Assembly (NCBI GenBank): GCA_018985225.1
Contig: JADGIF010000094.1
Span: forward strand, 1 to 21,330
DNA length: 21,330 bases
Source of the DNA: Amoeboradix gromovi X-113
Lineage: Eukaryota; Fungi; Sanchytriomycota
Direction: 5' to 3'
This document shows, piece by piece, positions 1 to 10,821 of the stretch. Positions within the stretch are counted from its first letter, which is position 1; the number at the start of each line of letters is the position of its first letter. A model generated the notes under the pieces. It ran no database searches, was not told the DNA's origin, and saw only the letters and a program-made list of their open reading frames with translations. The position numbers and the translations under genes are program-made.

Positions 1-137
1 CTAGTTTTATTTTGAAGAGGGGATTGAAAGTAATGAAAGAAAACTGGTATAATAGAAGATCTTTTATTAATGATAGCGTTTCCTCCGTATGGTGCACCTT
101 TAAAAACGAGTTAGTCTAGTTTTATATTTGGTGTCCC
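1..137 (+). mobile_element. Right end of GGGAC-TIR non-autonomous element (putative Fanzor1 ghost), copy 1, truncated by window start
   Basis: 1-137 aligns by eye with 16381-16503. It ends in TIR GTTAGTCTAGTTTTATATTTGGTGTCCC (110-137), the near reverse complement of the left TIRs at 16076 and 21109, and is followed by ATT. Confidence 0.85.
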
Positions 138-308
138 ATTATGATAAATGAAACAATATTTCTGAAAGGCTATTCAGTGTGCTTCGAGAAACACGTATTA
201 CTGTGCAAGGCAAAGAGCAATTAGCTTGGTTTGAATATGCTCAAGGTAAAAGGATCAAAACAGGATACCATGTATGCGCAAAGTATCAAAATATTAATTA
301 CGGTTACC

Positions 309-786
309 GAATGATTTAAATCAACCATTTATTATTGTGCTTATATGTCTTACATCTATCGATAAATCTCTAAAGATTTTCGCAATAAATTTCAATACTA
401 TATTCATTCCTTTCATATCTGAAAAATGGCTCCAAATAATCAGAGCCAGAATGCTACAAGTCTAAAGACATATAGCGATGTTATTTGCAGCCATTGACAT
501 TCAAAAATGGTGGAAAATGTTTAACGCATAAAAGGAAAAGACAATAGTAGGCCGTAATGAAGAATTTATTCGCCAAACGTGCTGAAGTTGTGGCACTCTG
601 ACGAAAACAAAGTTAGAGGCATAAATAACTACAAACCGTCATTTACAAGTTAATAGAGTCCCTAGGTCAGCAAGGAACAGCCTCAGGTTTGTGGAAACAT
701 GGTCAAGCGCGGTAATTGACGGATATGCATTGTAAGCTCCTCCATAGATATTCTCGATTTTCCAACAAACCCGACCATTAATGAGG
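309..786 (+). mobile_element. Degenerate non-autonomous Fanzor2/IS607-TnpB-like element, copy C
   Basis: ~535-680 translates as EKTIVGRNEEFIRQTC*SCGTLTKTKLEA*ITTNRHLQVNRVPRSARNS, colinear with copy A (GKTMVECNESFTSQTCTRCGILKKTNLET*TCTNCHLKIDRDHMAARNI). ~310-415 aligns with the reverse complement of 12170-12296. 682-786 aligns with the conserved 3' segment and ends TTAATGAGG. Left boundary approximate. Confidence 0.8.
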
Positions 787-800
787 ATATTTTGCTACGC

Positions 801-3800
801 ATGGAGAAGAAACGAAAGAACTGTCATGCTGTTCTAAGTGCCAAGTTTAGTAAAAAGCAACACACGCAATCTCAGTTGTACGAACTACCAGTAGAACATG
901 CTCGTAAAATAATTAAAGACAGAGCGGACATGAAGGATAAGAAGTTCGCCAGTGAACAAACCGCTTATCTGCAAGCACTCAAGTATATGCCTCATGCTAT
1001 AATGAAGCTATGGGAGACTATTCCCATGCCATGGGAGAACCAAAAGCAAGTAAAAGCTATATACCACGTGAATGGTGCCTTGACAATGGTTAATGAAATA
1101 CATAAAGTAGCTCCACCAGTTTTCATGGCACAGTGGGGTTGTATGTGGGTTGCTATGAGACGTGAAAAAAGAGACAGAAAGCATTTTAAGCGTATCAGAT
1201 TCCCTTGCTTTGATGATGAAGAGCCAATTGTAAATTTTAGTGAAAACATCATGGACGTTGATCCCTTAGAAGCTGTTCAATTAGACTTGGATGATCAGGA
1301 AGATGAATCTGTCATAGACTGGATTTATGAGCCAGATTGTCCCATGACTAGTGGAAATCACTATCGATTTGACGCCAATACTTTAAGCACTTTGTATCGA
1401 TTAGCATCTCCATTAACCACGGATATATATGACTTGAACTATTATTATCTATTTAATGACAAATCTTTTCTCACTAGTAAAGCTTTAAATGTTTCTGTCC
1501 CGAGTGGTCCCAAATTTGAACCATTGTATCCAGATTTATTAAAAGAGGCAATTAATGAAGACTGGAACGAGTTTAATGACTTGAAGCGCGTCCTAATACG
1601 ACACCCTATCCGTGAGGAATATAAAATTGCGTTTCCACACTTATACAACCAGATTCCCAAAAGTGTTGAAGTCGATGTGTACCATTACCCAGTGAATTTA
1701 TTTAATAATGAAGCAATTGAAGACGGATTTGTATTTGACAACAGCTTTAACCCTATCAATACTCGTGATTTGCGAGATCCCTGGGACGAGGATATACTTT
1801 TAAATGAGTTTGATGATTTTTCTGATAATGAAATTGAATGGGATACATATCCTTTCCTAAGCGAATATGAGTTATACTCTGATAATACTAACAATGGACT
1901 CTCACTTTACCATGCGCCATGGCCATTCACATGCAGAGGTAACTTGTCAAGACCACAAGATGTTCCTGTGATAAAGAACTGGTATTTGCAGCGGTGTCCG
2001 CCTAATCAACAAGTTAAGACACGTGTATCGTATCAAAAGCTTCTAAAAAACCATGTCAAGAATCAGCTAAAGCGCAAAACTATTCTTCATAACAAAAAGC
2101 AAATCAAAGCGCATGTACTTCGAAACACAAAGTACTTTCAGCAAACCAGAATGGATTGGATAGAAGCAGGCACCCAGCTGTTGCAGCAGGGCCACAATAT
2201 GCTGAACATATTGATAGAGCGAAAAGAGTTGCAATACCTAAATTTAGATTACAACTTCAATTTAAAGCCAATAAAAGCTATGTCAACGAAAGAACGAAAG
2301 AGAAGTAGGTTTGGAAATGCTTTTCATTTAATTAGAGAAATGCTTAAACTCACAAAACTAATTGTTGACGCTCATATTCAATTTAGATTGGGTAACTGTG
2401 ACGCATATCAGCTTGCGGATGGTATTCAATATATATTCAGCCATGTTGGTCATTTAACGGGTATTTACAGGTACAAATATAAGATAATGAAGCAGATAAG
2501 GCTTTGTAAAGATTTAAAGCATCTGATCTACCACAGGTTCAATAATGGACCTGTAGGAAAAGGACCTGGATGCGGATTTTGGCTACCTATGTGGAGAGTC
2601 TGGATTAATTTCAGCAGGGGCATTACACCTCTGTTGGAAAGATGGCTGGGTAATATCTTAAGTAGACATTTTGAAGGCAGACAGAACAATAAAGGTGCGC
2701 TTACCGTTAGCAAACAACGAATAGAGGCGCAGTATGACTTGGAATTAAGGGCGTCAGTATTGAATGATCTGGTTGATATGATGCCACATGGCGTTAAACA
2801 AAAGAAAACTAAAATCATATTACAGCATTTGTCTGAGGCATGGAGGTGTTACAAAGCTGACATAGTATGGGATGTCAAAGGTATGCCTGTCCCTATAACC
2901 AATGTAATCAATAAGTACATCAAACTTAAGGCGGAATGGTGGATATCAACTACTGAGCAAGTTAGGAATAGAATAGCAAAAGGTGCAACTTGCGATAAAA
3001 CTGTTGTGGTAAAAAATCTCGGCAGGCTTACCAGATTATATTTAAAACAGGAGAATAAGAGGCAAACACAATACTTGCAAAACGGTCCTTATATGACAGT
3101 GAATGAAGGTATTAAATGTTATGAATGTATGGTAGACTGGCTGGATGCTACCAAGTTTAACCCAATACCATTTCCGCCTCTTAATTACAAGCACGATTCA
3201 AAATTGCTGGTTCTCGGTTTAGAAAAGCTGAGAGAGGCTTATAACGTCAAAAGTAGATTAAATCAGCAACAGAGGGAAGAGGTTGCATTAATCGAAGATG
3301 CCTACGATAATCCCAATGATGCTTTAACTAGAATCAAGAGATTGTTGTTGACTCAAAGAACGTTCAAATCAGTGGGAATTGAATTTTTAGATCTTTACTC
3401 TTCTATCACGCCCATGTATGATGTGGATCCACTAGAAAAGATAACAGATGTATGGCTGGATCAGTATTTATGGTATGAAGCGGATAAAAGGCAACTATTT
3501 CCAAACTTCATCAAGCCAAATGACAACGAACCACAGCCTATGCTAGTTTATAAATATTGCCAGATATTTAACGAAATTGAAGCCAACAACAACGTGGTGG
3601 TATTAAACTCCAAATTGCACAATTTTTACGAGAATATGGACTTGTCCCTTTTAAACAAGTTGTTGAGATTGATAATGGATCCTAATCTAGCTGACTATAT
3701 AACTAGTAAGAATAATATTGAGTTGTGCTACAAAGACATGTCTGTTACTAATCATGTTGGTGTAATCAGAGGACTACAGTTTAGCAGCTTTGTTGTACAG

Positions 3801-6800
3801 TACTATGGACTAATGCTTGACTTGTTGCTAGTTGGTCCTAGTAGAGCATTGGAGCTTAGGAATATGGATATCGACATGAGTAATAACAATCACCCAATTA
3901 TGCACTATATGCGTTTTATTGACCAGGTTTATGTTGTATTCAATTTGAACAGTGTTCAAACAAATGAGCTTCTAGAAAATGGTATGCTCAAATATCCTGT
4001 GAACCACCCTGATTACAACACCTACAGTAACATAAAATCATTCGGCAAACAGGACAGAATGAGATTGTTGCAAAAGGACGTTATGTTAGGGAAGTGTTGC
4101 TATTTCATGCTAAACAGCAGACTACCTGTTAGTATATGTACTATGCAATGGTCCGACACCTTTCCTTGTGTTTATAGTAGAGACAATCCTAATATTCTAT
4201 TTAACATGTGTGGATTTGACGTGCGCATACACTTCAACAGTACAGCAGACAGCAACAGCTCTAGTGATTCTAGTACGTGGCCAATTACTCGAGATTCCAT
4301 TATTATCGGACATGCAATATTAAAAGTTAGTGAGTCATCAATTAAACAGTTTTCTAATAGAATGCGACAGATATTAATGAGCAGCGGTGGCACTACTTTT
4401 CTTAAAGTTGTACAGAAATGGAACACTGCGTTGTTAGCATTGATTGTATATTATAGGGAAGCAATACTCAACACCCCGGAATTGTTGGACTTGTTGATAA
4501 AAAGCGAGAACAGGGTGCAGAATAGAATCAAAATGGGACTCAATAGCAAGATGCCTAACAGATTTCCACCAGTTGTATTCTATACCCCAAAGGAACTAGG
4601 TGGTTTGGGTATGCTGAGTATTGGTCATATTTTGATCCCTAGTAGTGATTTAAGAGGAGCTTCTACTGCTGCTACTCACTTTAGGCAAGGACTCTCCAAT
4701 TCTGTCATTCCTAATATATTCCGATATATCACGCCTTGGTATAATGAGATTACGGATTCTACTCGCGTTTGGACAGAGTACGCTGTCAAAAGACAAGATG
4801 CCAAACTCCAGAATAGAAGAATAACTTTGGATGAGCTGCAAGACTTGTTTAATAGAGGTATTCCTCGTATCAACACTTTGTTCCAAAAAGACAGACACGT
4901 TCTTGGCTATGATCGTGGCTATAGAATTAGATTGCTATTCAAACAGTACAGTATATTGCGTGTCAATCCTTTCAACTGGACGGATACTAAGCATGATGGC
5001 AAGTTATGGAATATACTGAACTATAGAACTGACATGATTGAAGCATTGGGTGGGGTTCAGGTGATTTTAGAGCATACTTTGTACAAGGCCACCAGATTTA
5101 CAAACTACGAGGGTCTTTTTTGGGAGAAGTCTTCAGGATTTGAAGAATCCATGAAGGGCAAGAAATTAACAAATGCTCAACGAAGTGGTTTAAATCAAAT
5201 CCCTAACAGAAGATTCACGTTATGGTGGAGTCCTACTATCAACAGATCGCAAGTGTACATTGGATATTTAGTGCAGTTAGATTTGACGGGTATTCATATG
5301 ACGGGCAAAATACCGAATTTAAAGATTAGCTACATTCAGATATTTAGAGGGCATCTGTGGCAAAAGATTCATGAGTCCCTTGTGATGGATATATGCCAGG
5401 TACTCGACATGGAAATGGAATCGCTGGACATTGCTACAGTTACAAAGGAGACTTTGCATCCTCGCAAGTCGTATAAAATGAACAGCAGCTGTGCTGATAT
5501 ATCTATGACCAGCAACTATGAGTTCAATTGTACCGCGCCATGTTATATTACAGACTCAACCCCTTCAATTTCTAATATCAAGTCAAAGGTACTATGGGTT
5601 GATGTTCAACTTAGATGGGGTGACTATGATATGAGTGATATCAATAGATATTGTAGAACAAAGTATCTGGACTACTCTACTGATAACATGAGTATATACC
5701 CCAGTAATACTGGTTTGATGGTTTGCATTGACTTGTGTTATAACACATGGTCTGTTTATGGTAACTGGATACCTGGAATGCAGGTACTGATGAATACAGC
5801 CATGCAAACTATCATCAAGCATAATCCTGCGCTATTTGTGCTCCAGGAGCGAATACGTAAAGCTCTGCAGCTATACAATACAACTAGTACTGATGACTTG
5901 CTAAATGCTCAAAATTATACTGATTTGTTCAATAACAAAACATGGTTTTTGGACGATACAAATGTCTATCGTGTTAACATTCATAAATCTAGTAACGGTT
6001 CAATGACTACAAAGCCAATTAACGGTGCATTGGCCATTATCAATCCAATAAATGGTCAGCTTTATCTGGGCATATTTCATTCTAGTACCTGGCATAATCA
6101 GCCTCGTGTAGGTCAATTAAGCAAGTGGAAGGTTGCAGAGTGTGTGTCTGCATTAATCAAGTCATTGCCAATAAAAGACCAACCTCAGCAGTTAATAGTC
6201 ACAAGAAAGGGAATGCTGGACGCATTGGAAGTACATTTATTAGATTTTCCAAACATCACAATTAAAGGCACCCTGCTACAGCTGCCATTTCATTCGTTCA
6301 CCAAGCTAAGTATATTGAATGACACGATAATGAACGCAAGCAAGGATCAGCTGCTTCTGTTCAACACGTATGATGACTGGATGACTACAATGAGTCCATA
6401 TACATGCTTCAGCAGATTAATACTGATATTGCGCGCAATGCATGTGAATACCACACAAACTATAAGTATATTGAATACAGCAACAGATAATACAACAAAG
6501 ACACTCGCCAACTCATTGTTTCCTTTGCATTCTACTGACGAATGGATAGAATTGGAAGTAAAGCTAAAGGAGCTAATAATAGAGGACTATGGTCTAAAGA
6601 ATGCTATAAACACCAAAGCACTGACTCAGACAGAAATAAGAGATATAATTCTAGGAAGCACAGTCATAAATCCTAGTATTCAACGGCAGGAAATGGTAAG
6701 CAATGCGGATACACAAGTACAGGCACTCGCAGTTAAAACATTTAATGTGCATGGCGAGGAGATGATTGCAGTAACTACAAGCAAGTATGAACAGGAGCAG

Positions 6801-7421
6801 TTTAACAGTAAAGCAGATTGGAGGAGCAGGATGAATGCCAGCATCGGGTTGATTAAGAGAAGTGAGTATTGTATAGTGACACCGCTAGATGAGCAGAAAG
6901 ATGGGCAAAAGCTGTCTATTCCACGTAAATTAGTGCAGCAGTTTATAAGGATATCAGATATAAAGACAAGAATAATAGGATTGATGTATGGGGAGAGTAA
7001 CGTAGAGTTCATTGTCATGGTACCGCAATACGGGAACAACAAGCATTTAGAATTGAGCATCACAAGCTTAGAGATGAGTAAACCTTTTATTGGTATAATA
7101 ACAACGATATTCAATGAACCAATGGATGTGAAAGAACAGATTGCAGAAATAACAGGATCACAGGATTACAAAGTGGTAGAAATCAAGTATATACAAGGAG
7201 GGATAGAGTTGTCAAGCAAGAGCGAAATAGAGCTGAACGATTTAGATGGATATTATATGGTGCCAATGGATAGCATCTGGCATTACAACTTCAATGGGAG
7301 CATGCATAGAAAAGAACACAAGTATGGATTAAAGATTGATGTGCCGATGGGATTTTATGACGGAAACCATAGAAGGATACACTTCAGTGGATTTGATAAG
7401 ATGGAGACAGTAGAGGACTAA
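801..7421 (+). CDS. PRP8: Pre-mRNA splicing factor Prp8 (U5 snRNP), apparently intronless, no intein
   Basis: Hallmark motifs: ALKYMPHA, MRREKRDRKHFKR, GPVGKGPGCGFW, GLNSKMPNRFPPVVFYTPKELGGLGML, KKLTNAQRSGLNQIPNRRFTLWWSPTINR, HPRKSYKMNSSCAD. First ATG is at 801 (the ORF track starts at TTG 792). Confidence 0.98.
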   Translation: MEKKRKNCHAVLSAKFSKKQHTQSQLYELPVEHARKIIKDRADMKDKKFASEQTAYLQALKYMPHAIMKLWETIPMPWENQKQVKAIYHVNGALTMVNEIHKVAPPVFMAQWGCMWVAMRREKRDRKHFKRIRFPCFDDEEPIVNFSENIMDVDPLEAVQLDLDDQEDESVIDWIYEPDCPMTSGNHYRFDANTLSTLYRLASPLTTDIYDLNYYYLFNDKSFLTSKALNVSVPSGPKFEPLYPDLLKEAINEDWNEFNDLKRVLIRHPIREEYKIAFPHLYNQIPKSVEVDVYHYPVNLFNNEAIEDGFVFDNSFNPINTRDLRDPWDEDILLNEFDDFSDNEIEWDTYPFLSEYELYSDNTNNGLSLYHAPWPFTCRGNLSRPQDVPVIKNWYLQRCPPNQQVKTRVSYQKLLKNHVKNQLKRKTILHNKKQIKAHVLRNTKYFQQTRMDWIEAGTQLLQQGHNMLNILIERKELQYLNLDYNFNLKPIKAMSTKERKRSRFGNAFHLIREMLKLTKLIVDAHIQFRLGNCDAYQLADGIQYIFSHVGHLTGIYRYKYKIMKQIRLCKDLKHLIYHRFNNGPVGKGPGCGFWLPMWRVWINFSRGITPLLERWLGNILSRHFEGRQNNKGALTVSKQRIEAQYDLELRASVLNDLVDMMPHGVKQKKTKIILQHLSEAWRCYKADIVWDVKGMPVPITNVINKYIKLKAEWWISTTEQVRNRIAKGATCDKTVVVKNLGRLTRLYLKQENKRQTQYLQNGPYMTVNEGIKCYECMVDWLDATKFNPIPFPPLNYKHDSKLLVLGLEKLREAYNVKSRLNQQQREEVALIEDAYDNPNDALTRIKRLLLTQRTFKSVGIEFLDLYSSITPMYDVDPLEKITDVWLDQYLWYEADKRQLFPNFIKPNDNEPQPMLVYKYCQIFNEIEANNNVVVLNSKLHNFYENMDLSLLNKLLRLIMDPNLADYITSKNNIELCYKDMSVTNHVGVIRGLQFSSFVVQYYGLMLDLLLVGPSRALELRNMDIDMSNNNHPIMHYMRFIDQVYVVFNLNSVQTNELLENGMLKYPVNHPDYNTYSNIKSFGKQDRMRLLQKDVMLGKCCYFMLNSRLPVSICTMQWSDTFPCVYSRDNPNILFNMCGFDVRIHFNSTADSNSSSDSSTWPITRDSIIIGHAILKVSESSIKQFSNRMRQILMSSGGTTFLKVVQKWNTALLALIVYYREAILNTPELLDLLIKSENRVQNRIKMGLNSKMPNRFPPVVFYTPKELGGLGMLSIGHILIPSSDLRGASTAATHFRQGLSNSVIPNIFRYITPWYNEITDSTRVWTEYAVKRQDAKLQNRRITLDELQDLFNRGIPRINTLFQKDRHVLGYDRGYRIRLLFKQYSILRVNPFNWTDTKHDGKLWNILNYRTDMIEALGGVQVILEHTLYKATRFTNYEGLFWEKSSGFEESMKGKKLTNAQRSGLNQIPNRRFTLWWSPTINRSQVYIGYLVQLDLTGIHMTGKIPNLKISYIQIFRGHLWQKIHESLVMDICQVLDMEMESLDIATVTKETLHPRKSYKMNSSCADISMTSNYEFNCTAPCYITDSTPSISNIKSKVLWVDVQLRWGDYDMSDINRYCRTKYLDYSTDNMSIYPSNTGLMVCIDLCYNTWSVYGNWIPGMQVLMNTAMQTIIKHNPALFVLQERIRKALQLYNTTSTDDLLNAQNYTDLFNNKTWFLDDTNVYRVNIHKSSNGSMTTKPINGALAIINPINGQLYLGIFHSSTWHNQPRVGQLSKWKVAECVSALIKSLPIKDQPQQLIVTRKGMLDALEVHLLDFPNITIKGTLLQLPFHSFTKLSILNDTIMNASKDQLLLFNTYDDWMTTMSPYTCFSRLILILRAMHVNTTQTISILNTATDNTTKTLANSLFPLHSTDEWIELEVKLKELIIEDYGLKNAINTKALTQTEIRDIILGSTVINPSIQRQEMVSNADTQVQALAVKTFNVHGEEMIAVTTSKYEQEQFNSKADWRSRMNASIGLIKRSEYCIVTPLDEQKDGQKLSIPRKLVQQFIRISDIKTRIIGLMYGESNVEFIVMVPQYGNNKHLELSITSLEMSKPFIGIITTIFNEPMDVKEQIAEITGSQDYKVVEIKYIQGGIELSSKSEIELNDLDGYYMVPMDSIWHYNFNGSMHRKEHKYGLKIDVPMGFYDGNHRRIHFSGFDKMETVED

Positions 7422-7714
7422 TAAATTTCAACTTGAAGATTTTTACCTGATTTGAATTCTTACGATCTATAGCATCCAAAAGGGCAGCCTGAGGATAGGC
7501 AGTTCTCCTGTTCTAAATTCTAATGAAATCAATTAAATTTGTTTACCAATGACGCGATTAGAATAAATTAAAAAGAACCAAAATTTGGTTGTTTTATTGG
7601 CTTCACCTCGCAACCCCTGGAATGCAATAAAAATAGCACCAATCAATTGCAACGGATGATGAACATCAATTTAGGATAATCTGTTTATAAGAAAATGCAA
7701 GACACCAGACACTA

Positions 7715-8083
7715 ATGCTCAAGATACTGCTGTTGACACCAAAGGAATCATACATTGTAAGAAAGATGGTAGTTATATTCAAAATACCAAAATATACCAT
7801 GGGGTACGCATTATGCTATTATCAAGACATAGGCATTAGTAGTTTTAAAATGTTTGTATTATGTCTGCTGATTGCGCATAAATTTATGGAGGATTATAAA
7901 ATAAGATCATCCACTTGGTCTAAATATACAAATATTGATAAATATTGGCTGATTGCGAATGAGATAATAGTATTGCAGTTCTTTGATTACCAAATGAATA
8001 TGCCGCAAGAGCGTGTTATAGCCGCTGTGTTGAATTGTATAAACGAGTTCTATCCTGTACACAAGTATGAAAACAGTAAATAA
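7715..8083 (+). CDS. Small Pho85/Pcl-type cyclin (cyclin N-terminal box)
   Basis: LLIAHKFMEDYKIRSSTWSK...ANEIIVLQFFDYQM matches the PHO80/Pcl cyclin-box pattern (LxxAxKxxxD...W...ExxxLxxLdy). Confidence 0.7.
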   Translation: MLKILLLTPKESYIVRKMVVIFKIPKYTMGYALCYYQDIGISSFKMFVLCLLIAHKFMEDYKIRSSTWSKYTNIDKYWLIANEIIVLQFFDYQMNMPQERVIAAVLNCINEFYPVHKYENSK

Positions 8084-8110
8084 TTTAAGATGAAAATTGG
8101 CATTATTTAT

Positions 8111-10675
8111 TCATTGCTTTGTTAGCATATCGTAGCTCATCAAGTACTTGTCTACTCTAATATATCCATTCTTTACAGGCAACATCATTGTCTGCTCCAT
8201 ATCTTTGTAAAACAGCGGATGAATATAAGTTGTCTTGTTATTGCTATCGTACAGCGTCTCCCTTGATTCCTTGTTTTCCAGTGTATAGAGCTGTGATGCC
8301 ACATCACTCATGACCGGACTATTCTCATGGATGTAATCGTGATTCATTACTGGGAGGGAGTCAAAGATGGTTTGCATTGTATTGACCGTGTCTTCAGTAT
8401 TCATTATTGGTGGAAGCACGTCCAATGGTACGTGACTGCATTTCTTGATCAAATGCCTACTGAATCTCCAAAAGTATATTGTAAGTAATAGCAGCACAAG
8501 TACTATAATTGACGGCCCTATGGCTTCTTTTATTAGTAATATACTAATTACTATTAATTGCAAGAATACAAGTCCACATATAGCCCAATGGTATAGATTA
8601 GGGAAAGCCTTGCCTTGAGAATCGTATTTCGGAACATAAGCAAACATGAATTGATGTTTAAATATTACGTAGCCTATGACATAGTAAATGAATCCTAATA
8701 TTATGATCATAGGATGCAGAATGCTATAAACTAAAACTATCATGAATATCAATGCATGAGTTGGATAAAAATAAAAATATAGAAATTGCCACGGTTTCTT
8801 GTAGTGCTGCTGCTTTCTGGGTGTGCTGCTGATCCACTTTATGCTGGTAATCCACTTTATAACTAATGCCCAATTGAATTGGACCAACTCCAAGAAATGG
8901 AGATTCAACTGCAAAACAATGTAATTAATGTAAAAGAATCCTCCCTGTGGTATGTTGCCACCCAATAACTGCAATATACTAGACACACTTGTATTGGTAC
9001 TATTCTGAGATCTTGGAATAATCACGTCTATGATTGTGTTCAACAGCGAAGATCCTATCGTAAACACAAATATTAGATTAAATACGCTAAATATAAAGTA
9101 TCTGATGGTTACAAACAGATCTAATTGACTGTTACTGGGCAGTTTTTCAATCCAACTTAGTCCTACTAACAAATATGGTAAAATAGCCAAGCAGATAGTG
9201 ACTACAATTGTCGGTAAAATTTCCTCTATATACTTGTTGTATCCTTCAGGAACACCTTGTAAGATAGGAAAGAATTGAACTATACGCCTATAGTTTGTCA
9301 AACTTATAACAGCAGTCATGAAAAACACCCACAGTACAGTTATTAGTACAACGATACTTGTTATAATCAAGGATCTTATACTTCTATTGTACTGTCTAAC
9401 TATGAGATTATGCCACTTTATGTCGTTGATTTGAGGAGCCTCCTGGACTAGGATTTCCGTATCCAACATGCATTGTACCATTATCTGTTGCGAGGTACAA
9501 TTTGAGAATGTTACAAATGCTGAATCTGTACACTTAAATTCAGACAGGTTGTTGAAATGACGATACTGATCAATCAAAGTATCAATTCTTTGAAGTTTTA
9601 GTAGTAGGTGATCCACCAAGTAGATGTCATGATTTCCTGTAGAATTGTGAATCGTATGGATGGGATGAAACTGATCAATTATATTCCTATTCAAAGCATA
9701 AATGTCTTGCCATTCCAAGGTGTTATCACGGTACTTTGCAGTTAGATCGGAGAGCCATTCGGATGACATAATGGTGTCTGTTATTATAGGATTACTCAAC
9801 TCAAACTCATCTTCCATTGTGGAATTCCGAAGCATCTTATTTATCTTAAGTTTAGACTTATGGACAACACGAGTGAGGCTGGCCTCTAGGTTACCGTGTT
9901 TAATTGCATCTGTTACATTCTTGAATATACGGATGTGTGCTATCTCTAACTGAGACAAATAATATTTCCTTTTATGGATTAACTGCTGCAACAAATGCAT
10001 ATTGCGAACCATGAGGCAGGATTCCACAGACCCTATGTTGAGCGACTGGACATAGTTTAATAAAGACTCGTCAGTTCTTAATTCTTTGGGTATATTCATT
10101 ATTAAAACAGTTCTCTGATTCAAATCATATAAATGAGACTTGACAAATTCTAGCCTAATTATAACAAATCTAGATAGCATCATATAGAACTTGTACATAG
10201 CTAGAACACTGATATAAATGCAGAGAATGGCGTGAATGTAGAATAAATTACTGCCGTTTTCAGAAATGGTAGAAATGCTAAACATGTCTAGACCATTTAA
10301 ACCATCGTTGCTCCAAAAATGAAGAGGCATTAATATTATGGGTATCAACAAACTGAAAGTCAGTATTTCATTTATAGCATAAATGTACTCGCAGTAAACA
10401 TACTGATCCAGTCCAATGTGATTCAATATTATAGAATGATCACATTTGATAATAAAACTCACTAAACTTATGCCAGATAAACCATCGATATCAGTACCTG
10501 TCCAATTCTTCCAGATATAATTATGGTTTTTGTATAAATGTGAGTAGTTGGGATTATTTCTAAGAAAAATAAATAAACCAGTGCAAATCGTGGCAACACT
10601 GCCTAAGAATGCGCACTGAATGCCGAATCCGCCAAAATCGTCGGAATACTGTTTAGCATCATTAAGAGTTGCCAT
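8111..10675 (-). CDS. CSC1/OSCA/TMEM63 (RSN1-like) calcium-permeable stress-gated channel
   Basis: 854 aa with many TM segments. Motifs GLDQYVY, RTVLIMNIPKEL, SAFVTF, EAPQINDIKWHNL, FYINYI, FKHQFMFAYVPKYDSQGKAFP. Confidence 0.93.
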   Translation of the reverse strand: MATLNDAKQYSDDFGGFGIQCAFLGSVATICTGLFIFLRNNPNYSHLYKNHNYIWKNWTGTDIDGLSGISLVSFIIKCDHSIILNHIGLDQYVYCEYIYAINEILTFSLLIPIILMPLHFWSNDGLNGLDMFSISTISENGSNLFYIHAILCIYISVLAMYKFYMMLSRFVIIRLEFVKSHLYDLNQRTVLIMNIPKELRTDESLLNYVQSLNIGSVESCLMVRNMHLLQQLIHKRKYYLSQLEIAHIRIFKNVTDAIKHGNLEASLTRVVHKSKLKINKMLRNSTMEDEFELSNPIITDTIMSSEWLSDLTAKYRDNTLEWQDIYALNRNIIDQFHPIHTIHNSTGNHDIYLVDHLLLKLQRIDTLIDQYRHFNNLSEFKCTDSAFVTFSNCTSQQIMVQCMLDTEILVQEAPQINDIKWHNLIVRQYNRSIRSLIITSIVVLITVLWVFFMTAVISLTNYRRIVQFFPILQGVPEGYNKYIEEILPTIVVTICLAILPYLLVGLSWIEKLPSNSQLDLFVTIRYFIFSVFNLIFVFTIGSSLLNTIIDVIIPRSQNSTNTSVSSILQLLGGNIPQGGFFYINYIVLQLNLHFLELVQFNWALVIKWITSIKWISSTPRKQQHYKKPWQFLYFYFYPTHALIFMIVLVYSILHPMIIILGFIYYVIGYVIFKHQFMFAYVPKYDSQGKAFPNLYHWAICGLVFLQLIVISILLIKEAIGPSIIVLVLLLLTIYFWRFSRHLIKKCSHVPLDVLPPIMNTEDTVNTMQTIFDSLPVMNHDYIHENSPVMSDVASQLYTLENKESRETLYDSNNKTTYIHPLFYKDMEQTMMLPVKNGYIRVDKYLMSYDMLTKQ

Positions 10676-10821
10676 GAAAAATGTTTTTTTGGAGTTTTAG
10701 GGGATAAATTTATTTACTACAAGACGAGAGTACAAAAGTAGCACAAGTGACCAAAACAGAGATTCGTGATGCTAGGTGACGAACAAATATTGAAAAGATA
10801 GAATAAATGGATAATAGTTTA

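Noticed and set aside
152-319. ~55-codon open stretch (ISERLFSVLRETRITVQGKEQLAWFEY...)
   Set aside because: No start codon in frame and no recognisable family; possibly a gene relic between two insertions.
485-530. IQ-motif-like AAIDIQKWWK
   Set aside because: It is an off-frame reading of the decayed Fanzor2 copy C and is bounded by stops.
5110-5150. Possible PRP8 intein at the classic fungal site
   Set aside because: GLFWEKSSGFEES is contiguous, so the site is empty.
992-7114. Short antisense and alternate-frame ORFs within PRP8 (and similar ones within OSCA, HUT1, TAZ1, the 462-aa gene and the MetX gene)
   Set aside because: Shadow ORFs of real genes with no recognisable motifs.
7430-7670. 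Possible U1/U2 snRNA (TTACCTG at 7443; ATTGCATTCCAGG on the minus strand) or a small minus-strand gene
   Set aside because: The motifs are on opposite strands, I could not build a coherent snRNA fold, and there is no clear start codon. An Infernal/Rfam scan would settle it.
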